Below, one piece after another: positions 23,875-35,780 of a stretch of 64,000 bases of DNA. Origin of the DNA: Macrostomum lignano (taxonomy: Eukaryota); the NCBI GenBank assembly GCA_002269645.1, contig NIVC01003533.1:1-64000 (forward strand). The letters are read 5' to 3'. Positions within the stretch are counted from its first letter, which is position 1; each line of letters begins with the position of its first letter. The notes under the pieces are model-generated. The model had not been told where the DNA came from. It searched no databases and worked only from the letters and a program-made list of their open reading frames with translations. The position numbers and the translations under genes are program-made.

Positions 23875-25097
23875 TGTGGTGATCCAGCGTAGCTAGCATA
23901 GGCTGCTCCTGGGATCCCCTCTTAGTCAGTTAGTGCTTGGGCTGCAGCAGTGGGAGCTGGGCATAGGGCTGTCCCTTCCTCCTCTTCCCTTGTGCAGGCT
24001 CAGGTGTGCAGCTGTCGCGGGACAGGGAGAGAAACTCTCTCCCCCTCTCCCCCTGGCGCAGTCTGCAATGGGCTAAAAATAGAAACATTAGTCAGTGGGA
24101 TATTTCTCCTTTAGTACAGGCTTATTTAGTCAGCGGGAGTGAGAGCATAGCTCTCCGCCCGGGGTAGGATTTCGTGGGGTCTTGGTTGCACTCCTTGCAT
24201 GCGGCAACATGCAAGCAGTGTACCAGCAGGCCATGCGGAGGCTGCATGATGAGGCAGATGTCTTATGGACATCTCCAAGATCGCTCCTGGCTCCGGGTAG
24301 TCCACGGAACTGCCATGGGATCTGCCACGGAACTGCCTCTGAGCTTCCCATTGGCCCTGAGACCCCCGAATTTTAGTATAAATACAGAGTAGGTGAAGGC
24401 CCAAAGAGACCATCCTCTCGGAGACCGCCTGCTTGGCTTCGAGCAAAGGCTAGTATTCCTAGATGCTTTTCCTAGACGAACTAGCTTAGGCAGATCGCTA
24501 GACGCTTTTCCTAGGGATAACCTGCTAACAAATCTTTGTTGCAGCTGCCATTTGCTCATTAAGATTGCCGCAGGTCTTTGTGTCAGCAGCTCGCCAGACC
24601 TTCAACACCGTCTGGACCTGGTCTCGTGGCCTACAACCTACACTGTTGGGCAACATCAACTGACGCACAGTACAGCTTAGGGCGTTTACTGCGACACCAG
24701 TTGAGCTACTAAACGATATTTTAGGATCGGCCTGTGACCGTTACTCACATTAATAAATGTTTAACTGACTTGTTTGTCTTATTTATTTTCTACTTATCAG
24801 TAGGCCTACCTAGGGGTAACCTGTCGAGGATATCACCTGTAGACCTACAAGGTGGCAGCAACCCAACTACCAATACTCGGTTATTATCTAACTGTACTCA
24901 GTGGAGACTAAGAGGGGTTAATTCGGACCATAGTGCTAGACCACTCAGGCCAGCTACCGGCCGTGCTAGATAGCGAGGACAGACAGAGGAAGCAGTAGGC
25001 ACAGCCATAACACTGGTGGCAGCGGTGGGATAACAAGACCTACCCGACCACCCAGGGAAATCCTTGTTATATCTCAGGCGAAAGCCACGGCATAACA
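23875..25097 (+). repeat. 5' LTR (1223 bp)
   Basis: Matches 31662-32884 at a constant offset of 7787; TATAAATA at 24377; AATAAA at 24752. Confidence 0.97.
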
Positions 25098-25098
25098 C

Positions 25099-25116
25099 TG
25101 GTGGCAGCGGTGGGAT
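25099..25116 (+). promoter_or_regulatory. Primer binding site complementary to the 3' end of tRNA-Leu
   Basis: TGGTGGCAGCGGTGGGAT is the reverse complement of ATCCCACCGCTGCCA-CCA; starts 1 nt after the LTR. Confidence 0.9.
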
Positions 25117-25181
25117 CCGGTAAAACGACCACGTCAATCCTTCGTCCACCTACGTCTTAGTCTCACTTAGTAATCATAGCA

Positions 25182-26149
25182 ATGTCTATTGCCAGCAGTC
25201 GTGCTTCAATGGCACCACCTGACGATGGTGCTGGAGCAGGAGCTGAGGAACCGGTACTAGGCGAACGTCTTGATCGTCTCGCTGATGCACTGGAGCGCCA
25301 GCTTGGTATAGGCCAAGTCAGGCAGCATGTCAAGATGGCTAAATACACGCCATCCCAAGACATCCGCACGTGGATCAAAGCCTTCGATCTTCGCTGCGAT
25401 ACCGAAGACATTCGTGCCTGCCACAGGAAGGCGGAGTTGCTCGCCAACCTTGACGTGCACACGGCGTATGCTTCGGTCCTGCGCCTGAACTTGCCAGACC
25501 ATCTGGAGTACGAAGAGTTTAAGGAAGCGCTGATTGAGAGATTCTCAAAGAGAGGCGGCTCACAGGAATTCCGAGAAGATTTCCGCTGCCGAACTCAGCG
25601 CAAGAACGAGGACATTGACGAGTTTGCAGATGCTCTCCGCGAACTCGGAGAACTCGCTTATCCTTATCTCTTGCCAGCTCAGCTCGAATCAGAACTTGTT
25701 GATCAGTTCCTGAAAGGTGTCAGAACTACAATTGAGGCGAGAGAACGGCTGTACTGGGGTCGTCCAGAGACTCTACAGGACGCCAAGTTCGCCTTCAAGC
25801 GCATCGAGACAGCGCGTGAGCTTGCTGCCCGCAGCAGTAAAGACGCACCCTGTCGCAGCCTGGTGGGGACAAAGCTACGGTTCCCCGACAGGACGATGAG
25901 CTTAAGAATCTAATCAGGCATCAGAATGAGGTTCTGCAGAAGCAGCAGCAGATGCTTGAGCAGCTTCTCAAGCAGACGCCAGCCGCACCTGTCAGAGATA
26001 GGCTGCAAGGCATTGTGTGCCACGAGTGCGGCAAACCAGGCCACAAGAGGCCTGACTGTCCTAAGTTCAAGGCTCAGAAGCCGGGAAACGTCCGGGCGGG
26101 GGTTGCCAACCAAAACCCTCTCCAGGGCCAACCCCCGAAGTCGCACTAA
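25182..26149 (+). CDS. gag: gag (capsid-like domain plus CCHC zinc knuckle), one frame break near 25850
   Basis: WIKAFDLRC...YEEFKEALIERF...FRCRTQRKNEDIDEFADALRELGELAY; CHECGKPGHKRPDC. Confidence 0.9.
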
Positions 26150-29100
26150 AGCAGTCTGGAGAGTCTGGCGATACCGTAGACTCTTCCTTTGTAAATAATG
26201 TATATAACTCTGGTGCTGATCCTTATGTAACTGCGCTTATTTTCGGCCAACAGGTTCCCTTGCTTCTCGACAGCGGGAGCAGACTGAACCTGATGGGCCT
26301 TTCTACTTGGCGATTGTTATCGCGCAGTACTGCACATGCATGCGTAGTTACACCTACTTATTCCGATCGTATTCTAACCTATGATGGTTCTGAATTACAG
26401 CTAACCGGTAAGGTTATGCTTGATGTTGTCTTCGGAGATTTCTCAGCTGAAGCTGAATTCTACATTGTAAGCGGCGATCAGGAGAATCTCCTAGGCATTG
26501 ATTTTATGAGGAAGCACTGTCGGACCTTGGAGTTCCAGACAGGAATGCTTACCCTCACTACTGGTACTTGTGTACCCGTGCGCTATACGCGCCGTGAGCC
26601 AACCTCGTGCAGAGTCTATGTTGCCGGAAAACATCAGATTCCTGCTCGAAGTTCTGGCCTCATATCTGTGCAACTGGCACGTGGCAAAGAATCGAATTAT
26701 GGAGTGCCAGCAGTGGTTGAACCACTCAGATCTGGACTCCGCGCTGGGCTTTCCCAGGTCCGCGCATCTGCAGCATTGGTAACGATGCATGAAGGCAAAG
26801 GCTGCATGGAAGTTGTTAATCCTAACAACTTTCCAGTTAATATAGCCAAAGGAGCCTTGGTGGGCCTTGCCACACCGCTCCGGACGCAAGACCTCGAGTA
26901 CTATCCAGAACTGAAAGCAACACCTGTGCGCAAGTTGCACCTAGACGATAACATCAATTCAGCCAGTGACGATTGGATCAATGAGATAGAGATAGGCGAT
27001 TCGATCACGGAGGACCAGAAGTCCCAGGTTCGAGAGCTGATCAGAGAGTCGCGTAATGCGTTCTCCACGCACACTCTTGATCACGGTCTGACTCACCTGG
27101 TGACCCATCAGATCGTCATGCGAGACGAGACTCCAGTTAGGATCCCAGCTCGCAGGGTTCCCCCGCACCTACAAGATCAGGTCAATCAGCTGCTAGATGA
27201 GATGCTAGAGAAGGGCTTGATCAGGCCATCTTATTCAAGCTACAGCTCTCCTATCTTAGTAGTGCCTAAGAAGGACAAATCTGTCCGCATAGTCCATGAC
27301 TATCGCGAGCTGAATGAGAATGCGAATATCGCCCGTATCCGTTGCCATCTATCCAGGAGACGTTTGCATGTCTCCGTGGATCTCAATGGTTCAGCAGCTT
27401 GGATCTTGCTCAAGGGTTCTATCAGATCCCGTTGCGTGAAGAGGATCGTTTTCGCACAGCCTTCTCAGTGATCAATCGAGGTCAGTTTGAGTTCAACGTC
27501 TTGCCTATGGGGCTTCGCGATAGCCCTGGAGCCTTCCAGCGATGCATCAATATGCTGCTAGACGGTATCACTAAGTTCGCCTTAGGATACATGGATGACA
27601 TTGTCATTCATAGTATTGCCTTCGAGGAGCACCTCGAACATCTTCGCGAAATGTTCAGGCGGCTCATTGAAGCCAATCTTAAGCTAAAGCCACGCAAATG
27701 CCATCTGTTTAAGACAGAGTTGCACTATCTCGGACATGTAGTCGATAGACGAGGCATTAGGACTAATGAAGACAAGGTACAGCAGATACTAGACTGGCCG
27801 CGTCCTCAGACAGTCAAGCAGCTGCAGAGCTTTCTAGGTCTCTGTAACTACTATGCCAAATTCGTCAAGAATTACGCCGAAATTGCTGCCCCGTTGCATC
27901 AATTGACTCGGAAGAACCTTGTTGGGTTCAAGGGGCTCTGGACAGAGCAACACTCGAAAGCTTTCGATGAGCTCAAGAAGAAGCTGTGCTCTACTGAGGT
28001 CCTCGCGTACCCAGAGTACAACACAGACCCAGACACAGTCTTCGTCCTGGATTGTGATGCCTCCGGTTTCCGAATCGGCGCCTGTTTAGGCCAGCGCCAA
28101 TCCGATGGTGCGGAGCGGCCTGTTGCCTATTTTAGTCGGAAATTGCGCGAGCCTGAAACGAGGTACAACAACACCAAGCGTGAGCTTTTGGCCGTTGTTG
28201 ACTCGATGAGGCATTTTCGATATTACTTAATCGGCAAGAGATTTGAGGTTAGAACAGACCACAGGGCTCTTCTTTGGCTCATTCGCCAGACTGAAGCCGA
28301 AGGGATCTTGGGTCGTTGGGTCGAACGGCTAAGTGAATTCGACTTTGCTGTCATTCATCGGAAGGGAAGTTTGCACCAGAACGCAGACAGCTTATCAAGA
28401 AAGCCGGACGGTCCGGAGTTCGATGACTGTCGTCCTGGAGCACGGACACCCAACCAGACAGAAAATGAGGCCACTGTACCCTCAGCCCTCGATTAGTCGA
28501 AGACGCCGACCAAGTAACATCCAGCAGTTCTGCCTCGCAGGAATCTCGTATTGCCGTCGCCGGCTCATCATGTTGTCCCTCAGTGGACCGATGTCCGACA
28601 CCCGTTATTGCGGCCGTTTCTGCCGACTCAACATGTTGTTCCTCAGTGAACCGTTGTTCGGCTGGAGCGTCCGAGGCTGTCTGCCAGACTGATGCGACAT
28701 GTTGTCCCTCAGTGGACCGCCGCTCAGAATGGGCAGCCAAGGTTGCTGGTTTAGCTGTGGACTTTGCCCCAGTTGGACGCCACACTACCGCACCTACGGC
28801 CATAGAAGCTGTTCGCCCTCGTGTCTCAGGTGACCTGACCGCAGGAATCCGGACCGACGACGCAGCAAGGCCATTATCTGCTTCAATAACGGAATCAGCG
28901 AACCGTAGCGTTAGTGAGGATGTTCCTCCACGCTGTCGTGTTCTGCTTAGTGATTTTCTGTCCGAACCTCTGAAGCGAGACCAACTGCTCCTCGAGCAGC
29001 AGAAGGACCCGGACATTGAGTTCGTCAGAAATCTTTTAGCGACTAGTTCGCCCAAGCCGTCCTTTGACGCCCGACTACGTCTTAGTAGGGATACGCGCAA

Positions 29101-31454
29101 CCTACTAGGCTACTTTGAGATGTTGCGGCTAGTAGACAACCTGCTCGTCTACGATGAAGACATAGCAGACCGTCCACCGCGCATTGTGCTGCCGAAGAGT
29201 CTAGATGACCAGGTGTTCAAAGAGCTCCATGATGCTCCCTTGAGTGGACACCTTGGCGAAACTAAGACCTATCTTCGGGTTAGACAAAGGTTTTGGAGGC
29301 CGTCTTTGAGCAAAGCGGTTAAGGCCTACGTGGCCCGATGTCGAGTTGCCTGGAGAGCAAGACTCGCCGTCGCGAAGCCGTGCCCGTGCAGAGCTTCCCA
29401 GTCTGTGAAGTATGGGACGGCTACACTGCGACGTTGTCGGCCCAATCTCGCAGCCTTCGCGAGCTGGCCACCGCTATATTCTGACTCTGTGCGATGCTAC
29501 TTCAAAATACCCTTTTGCGTTCCCTATGCGGAACCAGAAGACCAAGACCGTAGTCAAGATTCTTCAGGAAAGATTGTTTCCGGAGTACGGTGTACCAGCG
29601 TGGCTGCACACCGACCAAGGAACGAATTTCACTGGAAAGGACTTTAAGAAGTTTTGTGAGCTGTACGGCATTAGGCACACGACTACAACGCCGTATAATC
29701 CTAGTTCGAATGGCCAGGTGGAAAATCTCAACAAGACAATCAAGAGTGTACTCACGTGCTTGCTGGAGAAGAATCACCAAGATTGGGATACCTTCCTCCC
29801 AGCATGCATGATCGCTCTGCGATCTAGCGTTCACCCGGTTACAGGGTTTACGCCCTACTTCTTGGTCTTTGGAAGAGAATTCCGGATGCCCATTGATAAT
29901 GAGCTTCGGGTCCCACCTGAATATCCGGACTTGCCAACGTACGTCCAAGACTTCCAGAAGAGACTAGAGGAAGCTAATCAGTTAGCCCAGGACCGTGTGA
30001 AGCTGCATCAAGAACTTCGCGATGAACATTATGAGAATCGCCCGAAGGCCAAGCAGCTCTCACCGGGTGACCTAGTCTTCCTGAACAATCCAGTCTTAGA
30101 TCAGTCTTGGGAAGCGCAGAAATTTCACAGACCGCGCAAGGCTGTGTATGAAGTAGTAGAGCGCAAAGGAGAAGTTGTCTACAAGATCAGACCTCGCCTC
30201 CGGAATCCTAGGGCTCGTCGAGAGGAGTTGGTGGTGCACCGTCGCAATATGCTACCGGTTCCGCAAGCTGACTATCCAGAGCCAGCTGGCCGGGCAGCTG
30301 AGCACCGTGCTGGGCCGCCGCGTAAGCCTCGCGTTGCCATAGAAACCACTGCCTCTCAGAATACCGGCGAAGTCGCCGATGACGTTGACGAGCTCGATGA
30401 CGATAATAACGACTGGGCTCCGCGCTACTTTCTGCGTCCGGCCGCAGCACTAGCAGCGATCCCAGAAGTCGCCGAACCTGAAATGAATAAAAATGGGGTA
30501 GCTGTTCATGAGCAACCTGAAACACCTAGGGACATAGAACAGCCCGAAGCGGTGCCCCCGGACCCTCAGCCTGTTGCTGAGCGCCCGCGGAGAGACCGCC
30601 GAGCCCCAGATAGACTAATAATGAATCCTAGAGCTAAATCTTATGTTGCTAGGATCAGGGATGCGCTCGCCTCTTCAATAAGGCGCTTCTTTCCGCATTC
30701 CAGCACCATCATGAGCGAGGACGAGATGCCTCTAGAGCAGCAGCTCTCTCTGTCAGCTTCGAACGACTCTTTCGAGCCGATCGAGTCATCATCACCGCGT
30801 CCCGATGAAGGGCGGGTGAAGACCCAGCCAACGCCAATACCGTCTGGCCCGCCGGTTACAGCGCCCATCGGCATTACCCGCCGTACATTATTGCGAGTCG
30901 ACACGAACGTCCAGGCTGTGGCCGGGCCTCAAACAGAGCCAACCCCTAGGAAGACGGCCCTGTTGGAGAAGCCCCCGGCCAGAGGCCGGGCAGCGGCAGG
31001 ACCATCGAGGAGTCGCTCCCGGCAGCGCGCGGCCAACTGGCAGCCCGCTGGACGGCCGACGGCCTTGGAAAGGCTGGGAGGGCGAAGCCGCTCCCCTCCT
31101 AGCAAGGTGGCACCGGCCAGCAGTGGCGGGACGGCCTGTAGCAGCCAGTCGCAGCCGGCCAGGGAGCCTATCAAGCAGATGATCGCGGCCATTCTGCTGA
31201 AAGCCGCGTATACCGGAGAAGTAACGGCCTGGTCCACACCGCAAACCATTGCACTAAAGGCTATGGCCGAGGATGAGCGGCGCGCCCTCATCAACGAAGC
31301 CTTCACGAGAACGCGCTCTTTGCTCATGCCATATCGGCATTACGCCGTGGCGTTGGAGGCCGCAGTACGCAGAGCAGCTCAAGATCTCGGCCGCATGCCG
31401 GCCCTATCAGCCGAGGCCCTCGCTCTGCTGAATACGGCGAGGCCGGCCCATTAA
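26065..31454 (+). CDS. pol: pol (protease, RT, RNase H, integrase) with four frame breaks and a long C-terminal extension
   Basis: LLDSGS protease; LDLAQGFYQI, GYMDDI RT; LDCDAS, RELLAVV, TDHRAL RNase H; HDAPLSGHLG...RCRVC, CDVVGP, HTDQG, NGQVENLN integrase. Confidence 0.93.
26083..26163 (+). promoter_or_regulatory. -1 programmed ribosomal frameshift signal (G GGA AAC plus predicted H-type pseudoknot)
   Basis: Heptamer is in the gag frame; pol is in the -1 frame and open from 26065; 9-bp and 8-bp stems read directly. Confidence 0.85.
30711..31454 (+). CDS. Extra 247-aa non-env module (possible ORF3), in frame with integrase
   Basis: Own ATG 7 nt after a strong 3' splice site; acidic N-terminus, Arg/Ser-rich middle, helical-looking C-terminus; no transmembrane segment or signal peptide. 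Confidence 0.6.
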   Translation: MSEDEMPLEQQLSLSASNDSFEPIESSSPRPDEGRVKTQPTPIPSGPPVTAPIGITRRTLLRVDTNVQAVAGPQTEPTPRKTALLEKPPARGRAAAGPSRSRSRQRAANWQPAGRPTALERLGGRSRSPPSKVAPASSGGTACSSQSQPAREPIKQMIAAILLKAAYTGEVTAWSTPQTIALKAMAEDERRALINEAFTRTRSLLMPYRHYAVALEAAVRRAAQDLGRMPALSAEALALLNTARPAH

Positions 31455-31649
31455 TGGAGACGCTCGTCTACAGTAGCTCATTGTGGGGCATAAGGCCTCA
31501 CAGGCGTATTGGCTCAGGCCTTTCAGTATAACTATCAGCTTCTGTGTATTGGCCTATGGCCTTTCTCTAATTGATACCTACATGACTTATTAAATACATT
31601 GACTTACCTTACTTGATGAAGAACCTCCTGGTGTCGCTTCTTCTTTTTC

Positions 31650-31661
31650 AGGTGGGGTGGG
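31650..31661 (+). promoter_or_regulatory. Polypurine tract
   Basis: AGGTGGGGTGGG directly before the TG of the 3' LTR. Confidence 0.75.
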
Positions 31662-32884
31662 TGTGGTGATCCAGCGTAGCTAGCATAGGCTGCTCCTGGG
31701 ATCCCCTCTTAGTCAGTTAGTGCTTGGGCTGCAGCAGTGGGAGCTGGGCATAGGGCTGTCCCTTCCTCCTCTTCCCTTGTGCAGGCTCAGGTGTGCAGCT
31801 GTCGCGGGACAGGGAGAGAAACTCTCTCCCCCTCTCCCCCTGGCGCAGTCTGCAATGGGCTAAAAATAGAAACATTAGTCAGTGGGATATTTCTCCTTTA
31901 GTACAGGCTTATTTAGTCAGCGGGAGTGAGAGCATAGCTCTCCGCCCGGGGTAGGATTTCGTGGGGTCTTGGTTGCACTCCTTGCATGCGGCAACATGCA
32001 AGCAGTGTACCAGCAGGCCATGCGGAGGCTGCATGATGAGGCAGATGTCTTATGGACATCTCCAAGATCGCTCCTGGCTCCGGGTAGTCCACGGAACTGC
32101 CATGGGATCTGCCACGGAACTGCCTCTGAGCTTCCCATTGGCCCTGAGACCCCCGAATTTTAGTATAAATACAGAGTAGGTGAAGGCCCAAAGAGACCAT
32201 CCTCTCGGAGACCGCCTGCTTGGCTTCGAGCAAAGGCTAGTATTCCTAGATGCTTTTCCTAGACGAACTAGCTTAGGCAGATCGCTAGACGCTTTTCCTA
32301 GGGATAACCTGCTAACAAATCTTTGTTGCAGCTGCCATTTGCTCATTAAGATTGCCGCAGGTCTTTGTGTCAGCAGCTCGCCAGACCTTCAACACCGTCT
32401 GGACCTGGTCTCGTGGCCTACAACCTACACTGTTGGGCAACATCAACTGACGCACAGTACAGCTTAGGGCGTTTACTGCGACACCAGTTGAGCTACTAAA
32501 CGATATTTTAGGATCGGCCTGTGACCGTTACTCACATTAATAAATGTTTAACTGACTTGTTTGTCTTATTTATTTTCTACTTATCAGTAGGCCTACCTAG
32601 GGGTAACCTGTCGAGGATATCACCTGTAGACCTACAAGGTGGCAGCAACCCAACTACCAATACTCGGTTATTATCTAACTGTACTCAGTGGAGACTAAGA
32701 GGGGTTAATTCGGACCATAGTGCTAGACCACTCAGGCCAGCTACCGGCCGTGCTAGATAGCGAGGACAGACAGAGGAAGCAGTAGGCACAGCCATAACAC
32801 TGGTGGCAGCGGTGGGATAACAAGACCTACCCGACCACCCAGGGAAATCCTTGTTATATCTCAGGCGAAAGCCACGGCATAACA
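31662..32884 (+). repeat. 3' LTR
   Basis: No mismatch to the 5' LTR found by eye; followed by the AATT TSD. Confidence 0.97.
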
Positions 32885-35279
32885 AATTCTATGATCCAAG
32901 TCGTGACAACGGCGGTGAGGTGGGGGCACGGGTAAGGGACCAGAAAAGACTGGCCTTGGCCGTAGGCGATTGGCCAACTCGTTGCCCCTCTGCTTCCAGG
33001 TCTGAGATCAACTTTGACCTTTAATTACTCGACTATTCACCCACCCACAAGCTGTGCATGGTGTCTAATAGAAGATCGAAAAAGCTGACGCGAAAAGCGA
33101 AAGGAGTAATTCGACCAGCTGACAGTTAAAATTAGCTTTTTGGGTTTTTTTGCGATACCACAGACTGGGATCGATCACAGCGCGCCCAGACCCAAACCTC
33201 CACTGCACGCCTCCTGGAAATGTGCCGTTGCTTGGTTGCTTGAGTCAATATGGCTCATCTGGGCTGAATCCTTTACATGGGACCTCATATATGATCACCA
33301 AAGCCGGGCTCGCTATTTGTTCGGCACCCAGAACTGAATGGTGCCGCTTTTACTTTGTCCCACAGTTAAGTCGTCGCCTTAGCAAGAGGAACACAGACCG
33401 CCAGCTCAAAGTCGTTTGGTCAACTTGGCGAGCGAACACGGGACTTAGCTGCTGAGCGCTCTCGAATTTGCGCACTTGTTTACATGTATATTGCATCGAT
33501 ATTATAGCATACGCAATCTATACTAATCGATAAAATCAATCTGATCCATAGCAATGCCAATAAGTGCTGATTAAAACCCTGAGTATTACTTGACATAATT
33601 TTTATTGACATAACTCTTGACATAAAACTTGACATAACAAATGTAATATATGAAAAATGTTCGGGTTAGTACGCATTTGCATGCTGTACATTGAAATTTT
33701 GGAGCGTATTAGGCAAAATCCACTCTTTCTAAAATTGCCGTACTAAAGGGATATTTACAAAATTATTAGGCATGGGCGCGCACGAATACTTAAAATTAAC
33801 AAGAACTTAGTACGATTAAACTCCGTTGCAGATTAAGCAGTAAAACAATGTCATGTTTTTGCTTTACATACTATTATAAAAAAGTATAATTATAATTAAT
33901 GAAGTAAAAGTTTTTCTAAACTACCAGTATTACATGATAAGTAATGTAGCAACAATATTTTCTATTTTTAGATACGAAGCATAACCTTATCTCGCAATCG
34001 TTTAAAATAGTCTCAGTTAATAAATTATCGCTTTTGCCAGTCTCAGCATTTTTTCGCTTTCCTTCAAGGTACTGTTGTTTACTCTAACATTTTAAAGAAT
34101 TTTAATGATAATCTTTCTCATACGATTTTTGACTCACTACTGTATGCATGTATATGTTGTGCTATATAAATTTGTATAATAATTTTCATTTAAAGCACTT
34201 ATTTTTCTAATAGACTAATAGTAATACCTTTTTATGAAGAATGTTTTAACTTGAGAAAAAAGTTGAAAGAATATCCTTTTATTTGCAATTTACATTTACA
34301 TTTACAAATTTCTAAGTGGACCAAACTCTGATAAATAATGGCTAATTCTTTTATAACAATGTAATATTTATTAAATATTTTTGTTCTTAACATTTATTGC
34401 TTAGTTTTTATATAAAATACAAAATATAGTTGAATTAAAAGTTTTTTAAAACAAGGTTGTTCACCTTATCACCTAAGTGATCTTGTTGTAGTATCAATAT
34501 GGTCATTGATTTTTTAAAAGATAATATTATTGTAAGTCTTTAATATTTAAATATTTAAATTAAAATAGTCTAAATATATATCTTTAATATATATAGATAG
34601 ATATACATATATATTATCCTTTTTAGCAAAGAGGATATAGAATAGCATATACCCTATCTATATATGTATCAATTTACATTTAATATTGAACATTTATTGA
34701 CATTATTATTGTATATGCTTCAAAATAACAAAATCAGTTGTTTTTTCAATTTTTATAAAATTGAAAAATATATTTTAGTTGTAATTTCTTTTTTATTAAA
34801 TATATTCTTTCTTTGCAATGTACTACTTATAAACATGTAAACATAAATTTTGTTTGTTCTTCCATTTTATAATGCAATTGTTATAAACTTTCATGCACTA
34901 TTGTTTTGACTTAAACTAATTTAGCAACACCAGAAACTGCCTGCTGTAATCCCTAGTGACAGACTTTCTTCAGTCCTGGGGCTGCTGCAAAAGCCTTGAG
35001 CTGATTGCCTCAAAGCTTCAACATGGCTACTGATCTGATGCATTCGCCCCTGTTCAGTAACATGTAAGGTTTTGAGTTGCATTTTCTGTTGTTCTGTGAG
35101 GTTTTCGTGTAATGAGGAGATCAGTAGACTATAGATATTTAATAGTTTTTATATATATAACCATTTGTCTTTAGACAATTGGTCAGAAACATTGCTTGTA
35201 TCTGAAATGCTGTAGAATCAGAACTATATAGCTCAATTATTCAAGTGCTTCAAGTCATACTGAAAGATTAATTGGGTGC

Positions 35280-35780
35280 TTCAGGGTTGATCGCATGCTT
35301 CAAGCTTGATTGGATGCTTCAGGCTATGCTTCAGGCTTGATTGGGTGCTTTAGGCTATGCTTCAGGCTTGATCGGATGCTTCAGGCTAATGCTTCAGGCT
35401 TAATCGGATGCTTCAGGCTATGCTTCAGGCTTGATTGGGTGCTTCAGGCTATGCTTCAGGCTTGATTGGGTGCTTTAGGCTATGCTTCAGGCTTGATCGG
35501 ATGCTTCAGGCTAATGCTTCAGGCTTGATCGGATGCTTCAGGCTATGCTTCAGGCTTGATTGAGTGCTTTAGGCTATGCATCAGGCTTGATTGGGTGCTT
35601 TAGGCTATGCTTCAGGCTTGATCGGATGCTTCAGGCTATGCTTCAGGCTTGATCGGATGCATTAGGCTATGCTTCAGGCTTGATCGGATGCTTCAGGCCA
35701 ATGCTTCAGGCTATGCTTCAGGCTTGATCGGATGCTTCAGGCTATGCTTCAGGCTTGATCGGATGCTTCAGGCTATGCTA
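35280..35780. repeat. ATGCTTCAGGCT-based minisatellite (about 31 nt composite unit)
   Basis: Tandem repetition. Confidence 0.9.

Larger units (their letters stand above)
23875..32884 (+). mobile_element. Full-length Ty3/gypsy LTR retrotransposon
   Basis: TG...CA LTRs, 4-bp AATT TSD (23871-23874 and 32885-32888), PBS, PPT, gag then PR-RT-RH-IN domain order. Confidence 0.97.

Noticed and set aside
24126-25149. Short ORFs on both strands within the LTRs
   Set aside because: No recognisable motifs; their duplication simply reflects LTR identity
30711-31454. env gene interpretation of the 3' module
   Set aside because: No signal peptide, furin site with fusion peptide, or transmembrane helix
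33500-34920. AT-rich block starting near TCTATACTAAT as a non-autonomous Helitron
   Set aside because: No 3' hairpin plus CTRR end could be identified
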